The position numbers and the translations under genes are program-made. The notes below the pieces were generated by a model. It made no database searches and was not told the DNA's origin. It worked only from the letters and a program-made list of their open reading frames with translations. Positions 9,775 through 18,870 of a stretch of 64,000 bases of DNA are shown here, piece by piece. This stretch comes from Candidatus Saccharimonadales bacterium (lineage in GTDB: Bacteria > Patescibacteriota > Saccharimonadia > Saccharimonadales > 2-12-FULL-41-12), in NCBI GenBank assembly GCA_041600715.1, contig JBFIJM010000001.1:64387-128386 (forward strand). The letters run 5' to 3'. How positions within the stretch are numbered: the first letter of the stretch is position 1; each line of letters begins with the position of its first letter.

Positions 9775-10464
9775 CTAGGCGAGTTTTGCGAGTTGGAATA
9801 TTTTTTTGGGTGAAAGTGTTGCGAGATCTTCGATCTCTATGTCTGAATTAAGCTCTAAAGCCTGATCTACAATAAATGAGCCGGTGCGGTACATGATCCA
9901 TCTATTGCCAGTTTCTTCATCGTAAAATTTCCACCTATTCCAGTCATAGTCGGGGGGAAGTAGCCTTAGTTCTTCTACCCAACCAATCATAACTTCCTTA
10001 GAGTCATACTCACCCCAAGGTGGTGTGGAGTTTGCACGGATTGCCTCAAAACGCGTAGCGGCACCTTCATATATAGCGTTATCAATCGCTGGAAGTGGAG
10101 TGGAGGCATCATCGAACTCATCTCCAGTAAAATTTTGAACCAGATGATAGCACTCGTGGTAATAAGAACCTCTAAGATCATTTAATTGTTTTGTTTTATC
10201 ACCTTTGAAGTTGAAATCAAATGCTAGTTCTATATTATTGCGAGTGTGGGCGAAACCACCCGTGCCAGTTACATCGATAAGCCAGTTGTTATTGAATTGT
10301 ACGTTAACTTGAAGAGGTAGAGCAGGGAGTAAGCGTCTTACTTCTTTCTCCCAGGCTGGAAGGAGTAGAAATAGTTGCTCCTCATCCAGATGTAGCGCAG
10401 GATTATTCTCAGGTGTTTCCATGTGTTTGATTCTAGCATATTCTAGGGATTGATTTTTAAGCAT
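9775..10464 (-). CDS. putative zinc metallopeptidase (HExxH; DUF2268-like)
   Basis: YHECYHLV HExxH motif. I prefer the start at ATG 10464 (MLKNQ...); the longer track ORF would overlap the divergent gene. Confidence 0.5.
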   Translation of the reverse strand: MLKNQSLEYARIKHMETPENNPALHLDEEQLFLLLPAWEKEVRRLLPALPLQVNVQFNNNWLIDVTGTGGFAHTRNNIELAFDFNFKGDKTKQLNDLRGSYYHECYHLVQNFTGDEFDDASTPLPAIDNAIYEGAATRFEAIRANSTPPWGEYDSKEVMIGWVEELRLLPPDYDWNRWKFYDEETGNRWIMYRTGSFIVDQALELNSDIEIEDLATLSPKKIFQLAKLA

Positions 10465-10505
10465 AATCGGTGTATAATAAAGAATGTATATAAAACAATA
10501 CAAAA

Positions 10506-11657
10506 ATGAAAAAAATAAACATAATAGCCCGTAAAGACAAAACAATTTCGATACCAGTTAGTATCTTAATTTCTGTTGCGATCGTTTCTGCACCGTTCAT
10601 GACATTACGCGCACCTGTTAGCGAGGCTTCTTCTCTAGATGAGCTACGAGCAAGGACTGCTCAACTCGAGCAAGAAATAAAAGCCAACACAGCTCAAGCA
10701 GAACAGCTAAAAGCACAAGGCGACTCACTAAAGAACAAGGTAGCCGAGCTAGACCTACAGATTCAACAAGCAAACACTCAGATTGCATTTACAGAAGCGC
10801 GCATTGCGTCTCTTCAGATTGAGCTAGAAGAGGCGCAGACTGAACTAGAGAGACAAAAGACTTTACTAAAAGCCAGTATGAGAGCCCTATATAAACGCGG
10901 AGATGCGTCGACCGTAGAGCTACTAGTTGGTAGCGACAGCTTTAGTCAGTTTATTGATGAACAAGAATACCTAGAGAGACTTAAGTTAGGAGTCCAGGAC
11001 TCTACAAACAAGGTTATTGCACTCAAGCAACAAATCGAAGCCCAACAAAATGAGCAAGTCCAACTTAAAAAACAACAAGAGGGACAGAGGGCGCTTATAA
11101 CTAAGGCCAAGAATGAACAGGCGATTCTGCTAGCTGAAACTCAAGGACAAGAGTCAAGATATCGTGCTCGAACCGTAGCACTACAGGATCAACAGAAGAA
11201 ACTTTTAGCTGAAATCGTTGCCCGCAGTCGCGTAATTAGTGGAGTTGGTACCGGTTCGTATCCTTGGGCAGATTACAGAGGTGACTCATGGACTCACGCC
11301 GGATCATGCAACTACGGTGACGATAACGATAAGTGGGGATATTGCTATAGGCAATGTACTTCGTTCGCAGCCTGGCGGTTATATAGTGTTGGTAAAACGC
11401 CTCCAGAATACTTTGGAAATGCCGAAAACTGGGATAATGTCGCTGAAGCTAGAGGCATACCAATGGGCAAAGAGCCTAAAGAGGGTGCTATTGCAGTATG
11501 GAACGGTTTTGAAGGACATGTTGCTTTCGTGGAAGAGATTATGGGTAACGGGCAAGTGCGTATTAGTGAATATAACGCCGTGCCTTCACTTGGAGGTAAG
11601 TACTCACAACGTGTAATTAGCGCCGGCGACCCATCAACGTACATTTACTTTAAATAA
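10506..11657 (+). CDS. secreted coiled-coil + CHAP-domain peptidoglycan hydrolase (PcsB-like architecture)
   Basis: N-terminal signal/TM segment, ~230 aa Q/E/L-rich coiled coil, C-terminal CHAP (QCTSFAAWR Cys, GHVAFVE His). Confidence 0.85.
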   Translation: MKKINIIARKDKTISIPVSILISVAIVSAPFMTLRAPVSEASSLDELRARTAQLEQEIKANTAQAEQLKAQGDSLKNKVAELDLQIQQANTQIAFTEARIASLQIELEEAQTELERQKTLLKASMRALYKRGDASTVELLVGSDSFSQFIDEQEYLERLKLGVQDSTNKVIALKQQIEAQQNEQVQLKKQQEGQRALITKAKNEQAILLAETQGQESRYRARTVALQDQQKKLLAEIVARSRVISGVGTGSYPWADYRGDSWTHAGSCNYGDDNDKWGYCYRQCTSFAAWRLYSVGKTPPEYFGNAENWDNVAEARGIPMGKEPKEGAIAVWNGFEGHVAFVEEIMGNGQVRISEYNAVPSLGGKYSQRVISAGDPSTYIYFK

Positions 11658-11782
11658 AAAAAGCCCTTAAAGTACTGCATTATTGCCAAAACTTTGGTAT
11701 AGTAAAAAGTCCTTGTGCTTTGCTCAAGGAAGGAGTTACTATTAGAGTATTGAACTTTCAAATTCATAGTAAAACAAACAAA

Positions 11783-12898
11783 ATGAACAAAAATAATAGA
11801 TCAAAGCTTACATTATTTGCACTAACAATAATTTTTGGTGCAACTGTTAATATTGCTCCATTTACATCGAATAATAAAATTGCTAGCGCTCAGTCTATTG
11901 GTGATCTACGCAATCAATCCGCCCAGCTACAGAGAGAAATTGATGCTTCAAACGCCGAAGCAGAAAAGCTAGAAGGTGAAGCCATAACACTTCGAAATGT
12001 TGTTAGGGGCTTAGACGTTCAGATTGTTTCAGCAAGTAAGATGATAGAACTCACCAACGTAAAAATCAACCAACTACAAAAAGAGCTCAATGATGCAGAA
12101 ATTGAGCTTGCTCGTCAAAAAGAGCTACTAAAGGCGAATATCCGCGCCCTCTATAAACGTGGGGATGCGTCGACAGTAGAGTTAATAGTTGGAAGTGATA
12201 ATTTCTCTCAATTTATTGATGAGCAAGAATATCTTGAACGTGTAAAGGTAGGTATTCAGGACTCAACGAATAAAGTTATTGAGCTAAAAGCCCAAATCGA
12301 GAGACAAAAGAATGAGCAAACAGAGCTTCAAAAGCAACAAGTTGCCGCTAAGGCTTCTCTTGATAACACCAGACAACAAAGAGCACAAATTCTTGCCCAG
12401 ACAGAGGGAGAAGAAGCAAAATATCGCCAAGTGGTGGCCGATCTTCAGGAAAAAAGGAAAGAAGTTGAAAAAACTCTCGCTGCTAAGATTTTGCAGGGAA
12501 GATTTGTAAGTCTTGGTTATGTTGACGCTGGTCAGCCTATCGGGAGAGTTGGCATGACAGGATTCACCTTTGGTCCTCACCTGCATTTTGAACTGCGTGA
12601 TGGTGGATTGAACCCTATCAATCCATCAGGAGGGTTCACATGGCCTGTGCCAAGTAGTCAGAATGTTGTACAAGGTTACGGATGTGGGGCGCCAGCCAAT
12701 TGGTATGTACGAAAATGCGCCGATGGATCAAGCCTGCATGCTGGTCTAGATATTGCTGCAGGTTTAGGAACATCTATAGTTGCCGCCAAATCCGGTACTA
12801 TTATTCACCGCGGAGATGATGGCGATGGATACGGCATAAAAGTAATCATCAAGCATAACGATGGTACGTATACTTATTATGCTCATATGAGCCCTTAA
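11783..12898 (+). CDS. secreted coiled-coil + M23 (LytM-type) metallopeptidase, motif order permuted
   Basis: Coiled coil paralogous to 10506..11657. GPHLHFELR (HxH) at 12578 lies upstream of LHAGLDIA (HxxxD) at 12737, and the protein ends at YAHMSP. Start uncertain: ATG 11783, or TTG 11720/11750. Confidence 0.85.
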   Translation: MNKNNRSKLTLFALTIIFGATVNIAPFTSNNKIASAQSIGDLRNQSAQLQREIDASNAEAEKLEGEAITLRNVVRGLDVQIVSASKMIELTNVKINQLQKELNDAEIELARQKELLKANIRALYKRGDASTVELIVGSDNFSQFIDEQEYLERVKVGIQDSTNKVIELKAQIERQKNEQTELQKQQVAAKASLDNTRQQRAQILAQTEGEEAKYRQVVADLQEKRKEVEKTLAAKILQGRFVSLGYVDAGQPIGRVGMTGFTFGPHLHFELRDGGLNPINPSGGFTWPVPSSQNVVQGYGCGAPANWYVRKCADGSSLHAGLDIAAGLGTSIVAAKSGTIIHRGDDGDGYGIKVIIKHNDGTYTYYAHMSP

Positions 12899-12948
12899 AC
12901 CTCCGATTATACGTTACAATAGTAGAAGACGAATAACCGGAGAAAATT

Positions 12949-14157
12949 GTGATTAAAAAAGCTAATAAAAGTACTATATTCCAATTTAGAAAATCTATCA
13001 TCCAAGGTGTGGTTGTAATTGCAGTTTTTGCAGTAGGGTTGGGGATTGGCAGTGAACGCATCACTTTTGGAGATGCATCTCTTTACAGAAATTCTGATCA
13101 GTTATCTAACTCTAAGCTAGACTATGCTGGAGTTGATGAAGTCTATAGCAAGCTACAACAAGGGTTCGATGGAGAACTTGATGTAAATAAACTTGAGGAT
13201 GGCTTGAAGGAAGGCCTAGTTAAGGCGGCGGGAGATCCTTTCACGGAATATCTAAACGCAGAAGAAAGCAAAGAGTTTGATCAGCAATTAACTGGAAGTT
13301 TTCAGGGGATTGGGGCAGAACTTAGTAAAGAGGAGCAGGCGATAGTAATCGTTTCTCCGATTGCGGGTTTTCCTGCAGAAAAAGCTGGACTCAAGGCTAG
13401 AGATATAATTAGTAAAATTGATGGAGAATCAGCATACGATATCTCGGTGTCAGATGCTGTAAAGAAAATACGCGGGGAAAAAGGAACGGTTGTAAAACTC
13501 GAAATTATAAGAGATGGAAAAGTACTAAACTTTGACATTACTCGTGATCAAATTAGCATTCCAAGTGTGACCTCCGAGGTAACAGCTGACAATATAGGGA
13601 TTATTGAGATAACAAGATTTGGTGAGGATACTGTTGGTTTGGTGAACCAGATGGCGAAGGATATGCGCGAGAAAAATGTTAAAGGCGTGGTGTTGGACAT
13701 GAGAAATAATCCTGGTGGGCTATTAGACGCATCGGTTGGAGTGTCTAATGTATGGCTACAGCGAGGCTCAACTGTGTTAGAAGAAAAGCGCGGAAATAAA
13801 GTCGTCAAAACCTTTAAAGCAACTAACAATCCTATATTAAACGGTGTGCCAACCGTGGTTCTTGTCAATGAAGGAAGTGCCAGCGCCAGCGAGATTGTTG
13901 CTGGAGCTCTACGTGATAACAAGGTGGCTACAATAATAGGAGAGAAAACATTTGGTAAAGGTAGCGTGCAGGAGTTACGGAAACTAAATGACGGTGGTAC
14001 CCTCAAGGTAACGATAGCTCGATGGTTTACTCCAGGTGGACGTAACATAGATAAAGAAGGTATCGAGCCAGACCAGAAGGTTGAGATAACCGATGAGCAG
14101 GCAAAGGCCAAACAAGATCCACAAAAAGACACCGCATTATCCAAACTTAGACAATAA
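12949..14157 (+). CDS. ctpA: S41 carboxy-terminal processing protease with PDZ domain
   Basis: GTG start after GGAG; RNNPGGLL, SASASEIVAGAL (Ser), TFGKGS (Lys); N-terminal TM anchor. Confidence 0.9.
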   Translation: MIKKANKSTIFQFRKSIIQGVVVIAVFAVGLGIGSERITFGDASLYRNSDQLSNSKLDYAGVDEVYSKLQQGFDGELDVNKLEDGLKEGLVKAAGDPFTEYLNAEESKEFDQQLTGSFQGIGAELSKEEQAIVIVSPIAGFPAEKAGLKARDIISKIDGESAYDISVSDAVKKIRGEKGTVVKLEIIRDGKVLNFDITRDQISIPSVTSEVTADNIGIIEITRFGEDTVGLVNQMAKDMREKNVKGVVLDMRNNPGGLLDASVGVSNVWLQRGSTVLEEKRGNKVVKTFKATNNPILNGVPTVVLVNEGSASASEIVAGALRDNKVATIIGEKTFGKGSVQELRKLNDGGTLKVTIARWFTPGGRNIDKEGIEPDQKVEITDEQAKAKQDPQKDTALSKLRQ

Positions 14158-14250
14158 TTAGAACTTTGTAACACCCAAATTTGCAAGTTAGGCGAGTCGG
14201 CTTGCCTCTGTAAGGGTGGGTGAGGTACTATAGATAAAACTAAGAGACAC

Positions 14251-15849
14251 TTGCTGGAGTATGTAGTGGCGAAGAATACCAAGTTTATATTTGTAGTGGG
14301 CGGCGTATTGTCAGGAGTTGGCAAGGGTATTACCGCTGCTTCAATGGGAACAATCCTGAAGGCACGTGGCTTTAGCGTAAACATCCAAAAGCTCGATCCC
14401 TATCTTAATGTAGACGCCGGAACACTCAACCCAGCAGAACATGGTGAATGCTTTGTAACTCATGATGGCGCAGAGACGGATCTAGATCTTGGACACTATG
14501 AGCGCTTTTTGGATATTGAATGTACTAAGTCAAGTAGTGTCATGAGCGGTAGACTATTACTCAACCTTATCCAACAGGAAAGAGAGGGTAAATTTCTAGG
14601 CAAAACAGTACAAGTGATTCCTCATCTTACAAATGCAATCCAAGCACAAGTGATTGAAGCAGGCAAGGGGTACGATATCCATATTGTTGAGATAGGTGGA
14701 ACTGTTGGCGATTATGAAAGTCCAGCATTCATTGAGGCAATACGTGAGCTTGGCTTTAAGGTAGGTCGCGAAAATTGCCTGTACACACATGTTGTCTATT
14801 TGCCGTATCTGGGTACTAGTAAAGAAATTAAAACTAAGCCAGCACAAAATGCTGTGAGAGATCTTCGGTCTGTTGGAATTGTGCCAGATATACTCGCAGC
14901 ACGTAGTGAACAAGAACCTCCTGATGAAGTTGTAGAAAAACTTAGTTTGTACGGAGGCGTACCCAAGGAAGCTATAGTACTTTTACCAAATGCTGAAACT
15001 ATTTATCAAGTTCCTATTACATTAGAAAAAAATGGAATTGGAACAGTTATTACTAATAGACTAGGCTTACCAGACAAAAAGCCAAATTTAGACGAATGGA
15101 AACAAGTTGTAGATCGAGCGCTTGCACATCCTAAGAAGACGTTTAAGATTGGGATTGTTGCCAAGTACCTGAATAACCAAGACACTTACATGTCTGTCTT
15201 TGAGGCGTTACGTTCTGCGGGCTGGCACGAAGGTGTATCAGTTGAACTTGACTGGATTAATGCAGAGAAACTTACGAGTGATAAGAAACTAGAGAAATAC
15301 GATGGCCTTGTTGTACCAGGTGGTTTTGGCCACAGAGGGGTAGAAGGCAAAATTTATGCTGCCCAATATGCCCTAAAAAACAAGATACCATACTTGGGGC
15401 TTTGTCTGGGTATGCAGGTCGGTCTTATTGCATCTGCTCGGAACGCGGGCTTAACTGATGCAAATTCAACCGAATTTGATCCTCAATCTAAACATGCAGT
15501 GATAGCGACAATGATCGATCAAAAAGGAAAAGAGGGGACGGGGGGCACCATGCGACTTGGCGATTATCCTTGTATGCTTACTAAGGATAGCCTGGCAGAA
15601 GGTTGCTACCAAACCTCTTCTATCGTGGAGCGTCACAGACACCGCTATGAAGCAAATAATACATACCGTGATCAATACAAGTCATGGGGGATACTGGCAA
15701 GTGGCTTGAGTCCCGACGGAACTCTAGTAGAAGTAATTGAAGCTATAGACCATCCATTCTTCCTAGCTAGTCAGTTTCACCCTGAATTTAAGTCCCGGCC
15801 AAGTCGCCCACACCCAATGTTCACCGGCTTTATCAAGTCTTTGAAATAG
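14251..15849 (+). CDS. pyrG: CTP synthase
   Basis: GVLSGVGKG P-loop region, GATase GLCLGMQ Cys and HRHRYE. Start ambiguous (TTG 14251 or GTG 14266). Confidence 0.95.
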   Translation: MLEYVVAKNTKFIFVVGGVLSGVGKGITAASMGTILKARGFSVNIQKLDPYLNVDAGTLNPAEHGECFVTHDGAETDLDLGHYERFLDIECTKSSSVMSGRLLLNLIQQEREGKFLGKTVQVIPHLTNAIQAQVIEAGKGYDIHIVEIGGTVGDYESPAFIEAIRELGFKVGRENCLYTHVVYLPYLGTSKEIKTKPAQNAVRDLRSVGIVPDILAARSEQEPPDEVVEKLSLYGGVPKEAIVLLPNAETIYQVPITLEKNGIGTVITNRLGLPDKKPNLDEWKQVVDRALAHPKKTFKIGIVAKYLNNQDTYMSVFEALRSAGWHEGVSVELDWINAEKLTSDKKLEKYDGLVVPGGFGHRGVEGKIYAAQYALKNKIPYLGLCLGMQVGLIASARNAGLTDANSTEFDPQSKHAVIATMIDQKGKEGTGGTMRLGDYPCMLTKDSLAEGCYQTSSIVERHRHRYEANNTYRDQYKSWGILASGLSPDGTLVEVIEAIDHPFFLASQFHPEFKSRPSRPHPMFTGFIKSLK

Positions 15850-16111
15850 TTCTTGTAACCAAGAACCAAGGTTCCTCATTTTTGGATCGCCAAAAACGAG
15901 GAGCAAAAAACTCGGCGGGTGCGTGTTCTATATTGATCTCATTGTCAAAACCAACAATGATTCAGCCGACTCCCGTTGGTCGGTCTCGCTTTTTCTTAAT
16001 TCTATATGAACAAGCTCGACACGTGGCTGAATCCCTAATTGTTGTTTCGACATTCGCCAATCTGGAACTGCCACCCAAGCCTTTATAATTAGAACCGAGC
16101 AGAGCTCGAAC
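15850..16111. repeat. ~260-bp intergenic repeat element, copy B (between convergent genes)
   Basis: Hairpin GTTCTTG-TAAC-CAAGAAC (15849-15866). Hairpin TCCTC/GAGGA (15873-15877 / 15898-15902) with loop ATTTTTGGATCGCCAAAAAC. 3' CGAGC..GCTCG hairpin 16096-16108. Confidence 0.7.
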
Positions 16112-16777
16112 TTAATTAATTTTATTTGTGCTTACGATAATTAGCTCGGCTCCATCCTCGCCGTACCACTGCCATGCTTTCTTGAATGTTTCTGTAGGGT
16201 ACGTATGGTCAGGCTTATGGGGTGGTCCAGGGTCTTGAACAACCACGCCATCTGATTTAATTTCATCTACAAGTACGAAATGACCAACTGAACCTTTGCG
16301 TTCTACTAACACCCGATAGTTTACCCAGGCTATGACAACCGTATCTTTGGCTACAGTGTGCTTTACGAGGTCTTTCCATAAGGCAGAGCGCGATTCAAAC
16401 GTTATGAGAGGAGAGGCAAGACAATCTTTAACATGTCGGACTTCTTTCTCGATATCAGAGTCTTGAATCATCCGTTTTATATTTTCAGGATCGCCCGGTG
16501 ACATCTTCTTTATTGCAGAAACAGGATCATCAGCAAATTCTTGGGGTTTCGACCTATCAATTGCCTTAACATACAGCCCTAGCTTAGAAAAAGAGTCTAG
16601 CATAGCAAATGGCCAGGTTAGTTTGCCTGCACGAAATCCCGTTGGCTCTTCTGCCTGTTCTGCGGTCAAAACAGTGCCTGTTAGCCTTGCGACTGTCATT
16701 GCGTAGCAAGCTTGGGAGCAGTGGATCTCGTCCTGTGTGTTGCCGACAAACGTCGATTCAAATTTATATTTCTTCAT
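16112..16777 (-). CDS. hypothetical; possible papain-like (C39-like) cysteine peptidase
   Basis: N-terminal Q...HCSQACYAM (candidate Gln/Cys), later GHFVLVDE and VQDPG (candidate His/Asp). Pattern match only. Confidence 0.4.
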   Translation of the reverse strand: MKKYKFESTFVGNTQDEIHCSQACYAMTVARLTGTVLTAEQAEEPTGFRAGKLTWPFAMLDSFSKLGLYVKAIDRSKPQEFADDPVSAIKKMSPGDPENIKRMIQDSDIEKEVRHVKDCLASPLITFESRSALWKDLVKHTVAKDTVVIAWVNYRVLVERKGSVGHFVLVDEIKSDGVVVQDPGPPHKPDHTYPTETFKKAWQWYGEDGAELIIVSTNKIN

Positions 16778-16889
16778 TTGTTTTATTCTAGCATCTCAAC
16801 TGTTTAAGGTACTTTAATTCACTGAAACGCAGTAGCATGATATTAAGTTACTATTGCTTATTCTGGCTTTTCGTGTTAGCATTAGCGCT

Positions 16890-17273
16890 ATGAGTGAATC
16901 AAAACAAAAAACAATATTATTAGTAGAAGATGACGACAACCTAGCCAGCGTATATGAAACGCGTTTGCAGGCAGAAGGGTTTACTACCCGACGTGTCTCA
17001 AACGGGGAAGATGCGCTATCAATAGCGCTTGAAGTAAAACCAGATTTAATCCTTCTGGATGTAATGATGCCGAAAGTGAGCGGTTTTGATGTTCTCGATA
17101 TCTTGCGCAATACGCCAGAGACTCAGGGCGTAAAAATTGTTATGTTGACTGCACTAAGTCAGGATGCGGACAGAGAACGAGCTATGAAGCTCGGTGTTGA
17201 CGATTATTTAGTGAAGTCACAAGTCGTTATTGCTGACGTCGTCGAGCGAGTCAAGCAACACCTCGGTGTGTAG
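16890..17273 (+). CDS. single-domain response regulator (receiver only)
   Basis: LLVEDDDN, DLILLDVMMP (Asp), MLTAL, YLVKS. TTGCTT-17-TAGCAT promoter ends 7 nt before ATG 16890. Confidence 0.85.
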   Translation: MSESKQKTILLVEDDDNLASVYETRLQAEGFTTRRVSNGEDALSIALEVKPDLILLDVMMPKVSGFDVLDILRNTPETQGVKIVMLTALSQDADRERAMKLGVDDYLVKSQVVIADVVERVKQHLGV

Positions 17274-17822
17274 TTAGCTTCGCTTTCGTCGCCTAGTTTG
17301 TCGGCGAGCTTTAATAAGTTCGTTACGGTCACTGATAAGTGCTCCGACTACGAATTTGTCCATGAGTATATCTGTTGCTGATCGATTTTTTTGTTCCTTG
17401 CGTGCGATATGTTGAATGATGAGAAGTTCTTCGTCGTCAAAGTCACACTGCAATCTCGCACCTGTAACCTGGACTGTATTTTTGCTGAATATTTCAAATG
17501 ACTTGGGCGTATCTACGATACCTGATTCTTCGCGGTCACGGATTGCTTTTGTCAGCATACCTTCAATTTGAAAGTTCTCTGGCTGATCTGTTTCTGGCCG
17601 TGCATCCCACAACATAAGATAGCCCTCTCTGTCATCAGCGTGGTTTACCCAGGTTCCAATATGAGTATCCAGAACTGGTCGGTGGCCAGGATGCTTAGGT
17701 TCGAAAGTCGGCAAGCCACTGAAGTAAAATTCAAACTCTGCTGCCGCTAGCATTCCGAGTTGGCGTGAGGTGAGGGGAATATCACTGACTGGCCCGTCAA
17801 CAACCTCTGTAAGCCTATTCAT
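17274..17822 (-). CDS. hypothetical protein (182 aa), basic C-terminal tail
   Basis: Long ORF; start moved to ATG 17822 because the longer version runs through the divergent promoter. No motif recognised. Confidence 0.5.
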   Translation of the reverse strand: MNRLTEVVDGPVSDIPLTSRQLGMLAAAEFEFYFSGLPTFEPKHPGHRPVLDTHIGTWVNHADDREGYLMLWDARPETDQPENFQIEGMLTKAIRDREESGIVDTPKSFEIFSKNTVQVTGARLQCDFDDEELLIIQHIARKEQKNRSATDILMDKFVVGALISDRNELIKARRQTRRRKRS

Positions 17823-17851
17823 AAATTGAATAGTACCACCAAAACAGAACA

Positions 17852-17880
17852 TTGACAAGCATAAGTATTTTTGTTATAAT
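17852..17880 (+). promoter_or_regulatory. consensus sigma70-type promoter TTGACA-17-TATAAT
   Basis: TTGACA 17852-17857, exact 17-nt spacer, TATAAT 17875-17880, upstream of ATG 17908. Confidence 0.7.
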
Positions 17881-17907
17881 ACAATAAGTTTAATATAACA
17901 AAAACGT

Positions 17908-18561
17908 ATGAGAGAACAAACACCAAAAGTACACAATGACATATCTACGCAGTCGCTACAGGATAGTCTAGCTCATATTGAGCGTAAACTGTTTAGCGGT
18001 GGTGCGGTATTGACGAGCAAAGCTGATATTGAGCGATATGTTGAAGCACCGGTTGTTGAAGCTGTTACATCAATGTGGGAGAAGAATATTCCTACTACTC
18101 AGTCTTCTGCCAATCAAGAAGGCGAGACGGCTTGGATCGATATTGATTACACTAATCTGTCAGATGATAATAAAAAAATTGCAGATGGCTTAGGTTTTAT
18201 GAACGAATACTCTGAAGAGAACGGAAGAAGAATTGTTAAAATCGGTATTGCAAAAGAGAAGGACGATACCCCAGATAGTATTAGTAGCAAAATGCTGGAA
18301 ATAACCAAGGACTTTGTACCACAAAAACTTATTCGTGGCGTCTATACAAAAAGAGAAATGGCACGAATGTATGTATGTGATGAGAAAGATATAGATAGTA
18401 GTTTTGTTGAAGATGTCGGGATGGTTCTAGGGGAAGATGATCGCGTGTATGCAAGTGATGAATTGTTGAATAACCAAAAGAACTATGAAGAATATGCAAA
18501 AACAATTAACCAGACAAATATGGGCAATCTAGCTTCGAAGAATCTTATTGAGAGAAGTTGA
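17908..18561 (+). CDS. hypothetical protein (217 aa), acidic
   Basis: Long ORF behind a consensus promoter; no motif recognised. Confidence 0.55.
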   Translation: MREQTPKVHNDISTQSLQDSLAHIERKLFSGGAVLTSKADIERYVEAPVVEAVTSMWEKNIPTTQSSANQEGETAWIDIDYTNLSDDNKKIADGLGFMNEYSEENGRRIVKIGIAKEKDDTPDSISSKMLEITKDFVPQKLIRGVYTKREMARMYVCDEKDIDSSFVEDVGMVLGEDDRVYASDELLNNQKNYEEYAKTINQTNMGNLASKNLIERS

Positions 18562-18566
18562 GTATA

Positions 18567-18839
18567 TTACTCGACAGTAACTTCGACGCGAGGTACTGAG
18601 CGACCAGAAAATGTTTTAACTTTTCGTGTAGTGTAGTTTACTATTCCATCTTTAGAAGCATGAATAGTGAAGTTACGACTTAACATTGTTCCTTTGCCTG
18701 AACGCTTGTTCATGCCAACTTGTCGAACGATTACTTGGCCAGTTTTTACTTTTTGACCACCAAAAAGCTTAACGCCAAGTCTCTGGCCCGGACTATCGTG
18801 GTTATTTTTACTCGAACCACCTGCTTTAACTTTACTCAT
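18567..18839 (-). CDS. rpmA: 50S ribosomal protein L27
   Basis: KAGGSSKN...GQRLGVKLFGGQ...GQVIVRQ signature of L27. Confidence 0.95.
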   Translation of the reverse strand: MSKVKAGGSSKNNHDSPGQRLGVKLFGGQKVKTGQVIVRQVGMNKRSGKGTMLSRNFTIHASKDGIVNYTTRKVKTFSGRSVPRVEVTVE

Positions 18840-18870
18840 CTGCTAATTCCTAATTCCTAATTACTAATTG

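Noticed and set aside
9639-9851. 70-aa ORF inside repeat copy A, and the 68-aa ORF 15882..16088 inside copy B.
   Set aside because: The two DNA elements are homologous but the predicted peptides share no similarity and fall in different registers. The conservation is at the nucleotide and structure level, not the coding level.
11239-11644. 125-aa (+) and 99-aa (-) ORFs nested in the CHAP-domain gene.
   Set aside because: They are alternative-frame or antisense ORFs inside a gene with clear CHAP motifs, and have no independent support.
13548-14384. 278-aa minus-strand ORF antisense to ctpA. Similar long antisense ORFs occur opposite secA (3937-5179), der (54244-55470), topA, the histidine kinase and other genes.
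   Set aside because: They lie entirely opposite well-supported genes, have low-complexity S/P/T/L-rich composition, and lack start contexts. They are classic shadow ORFs.
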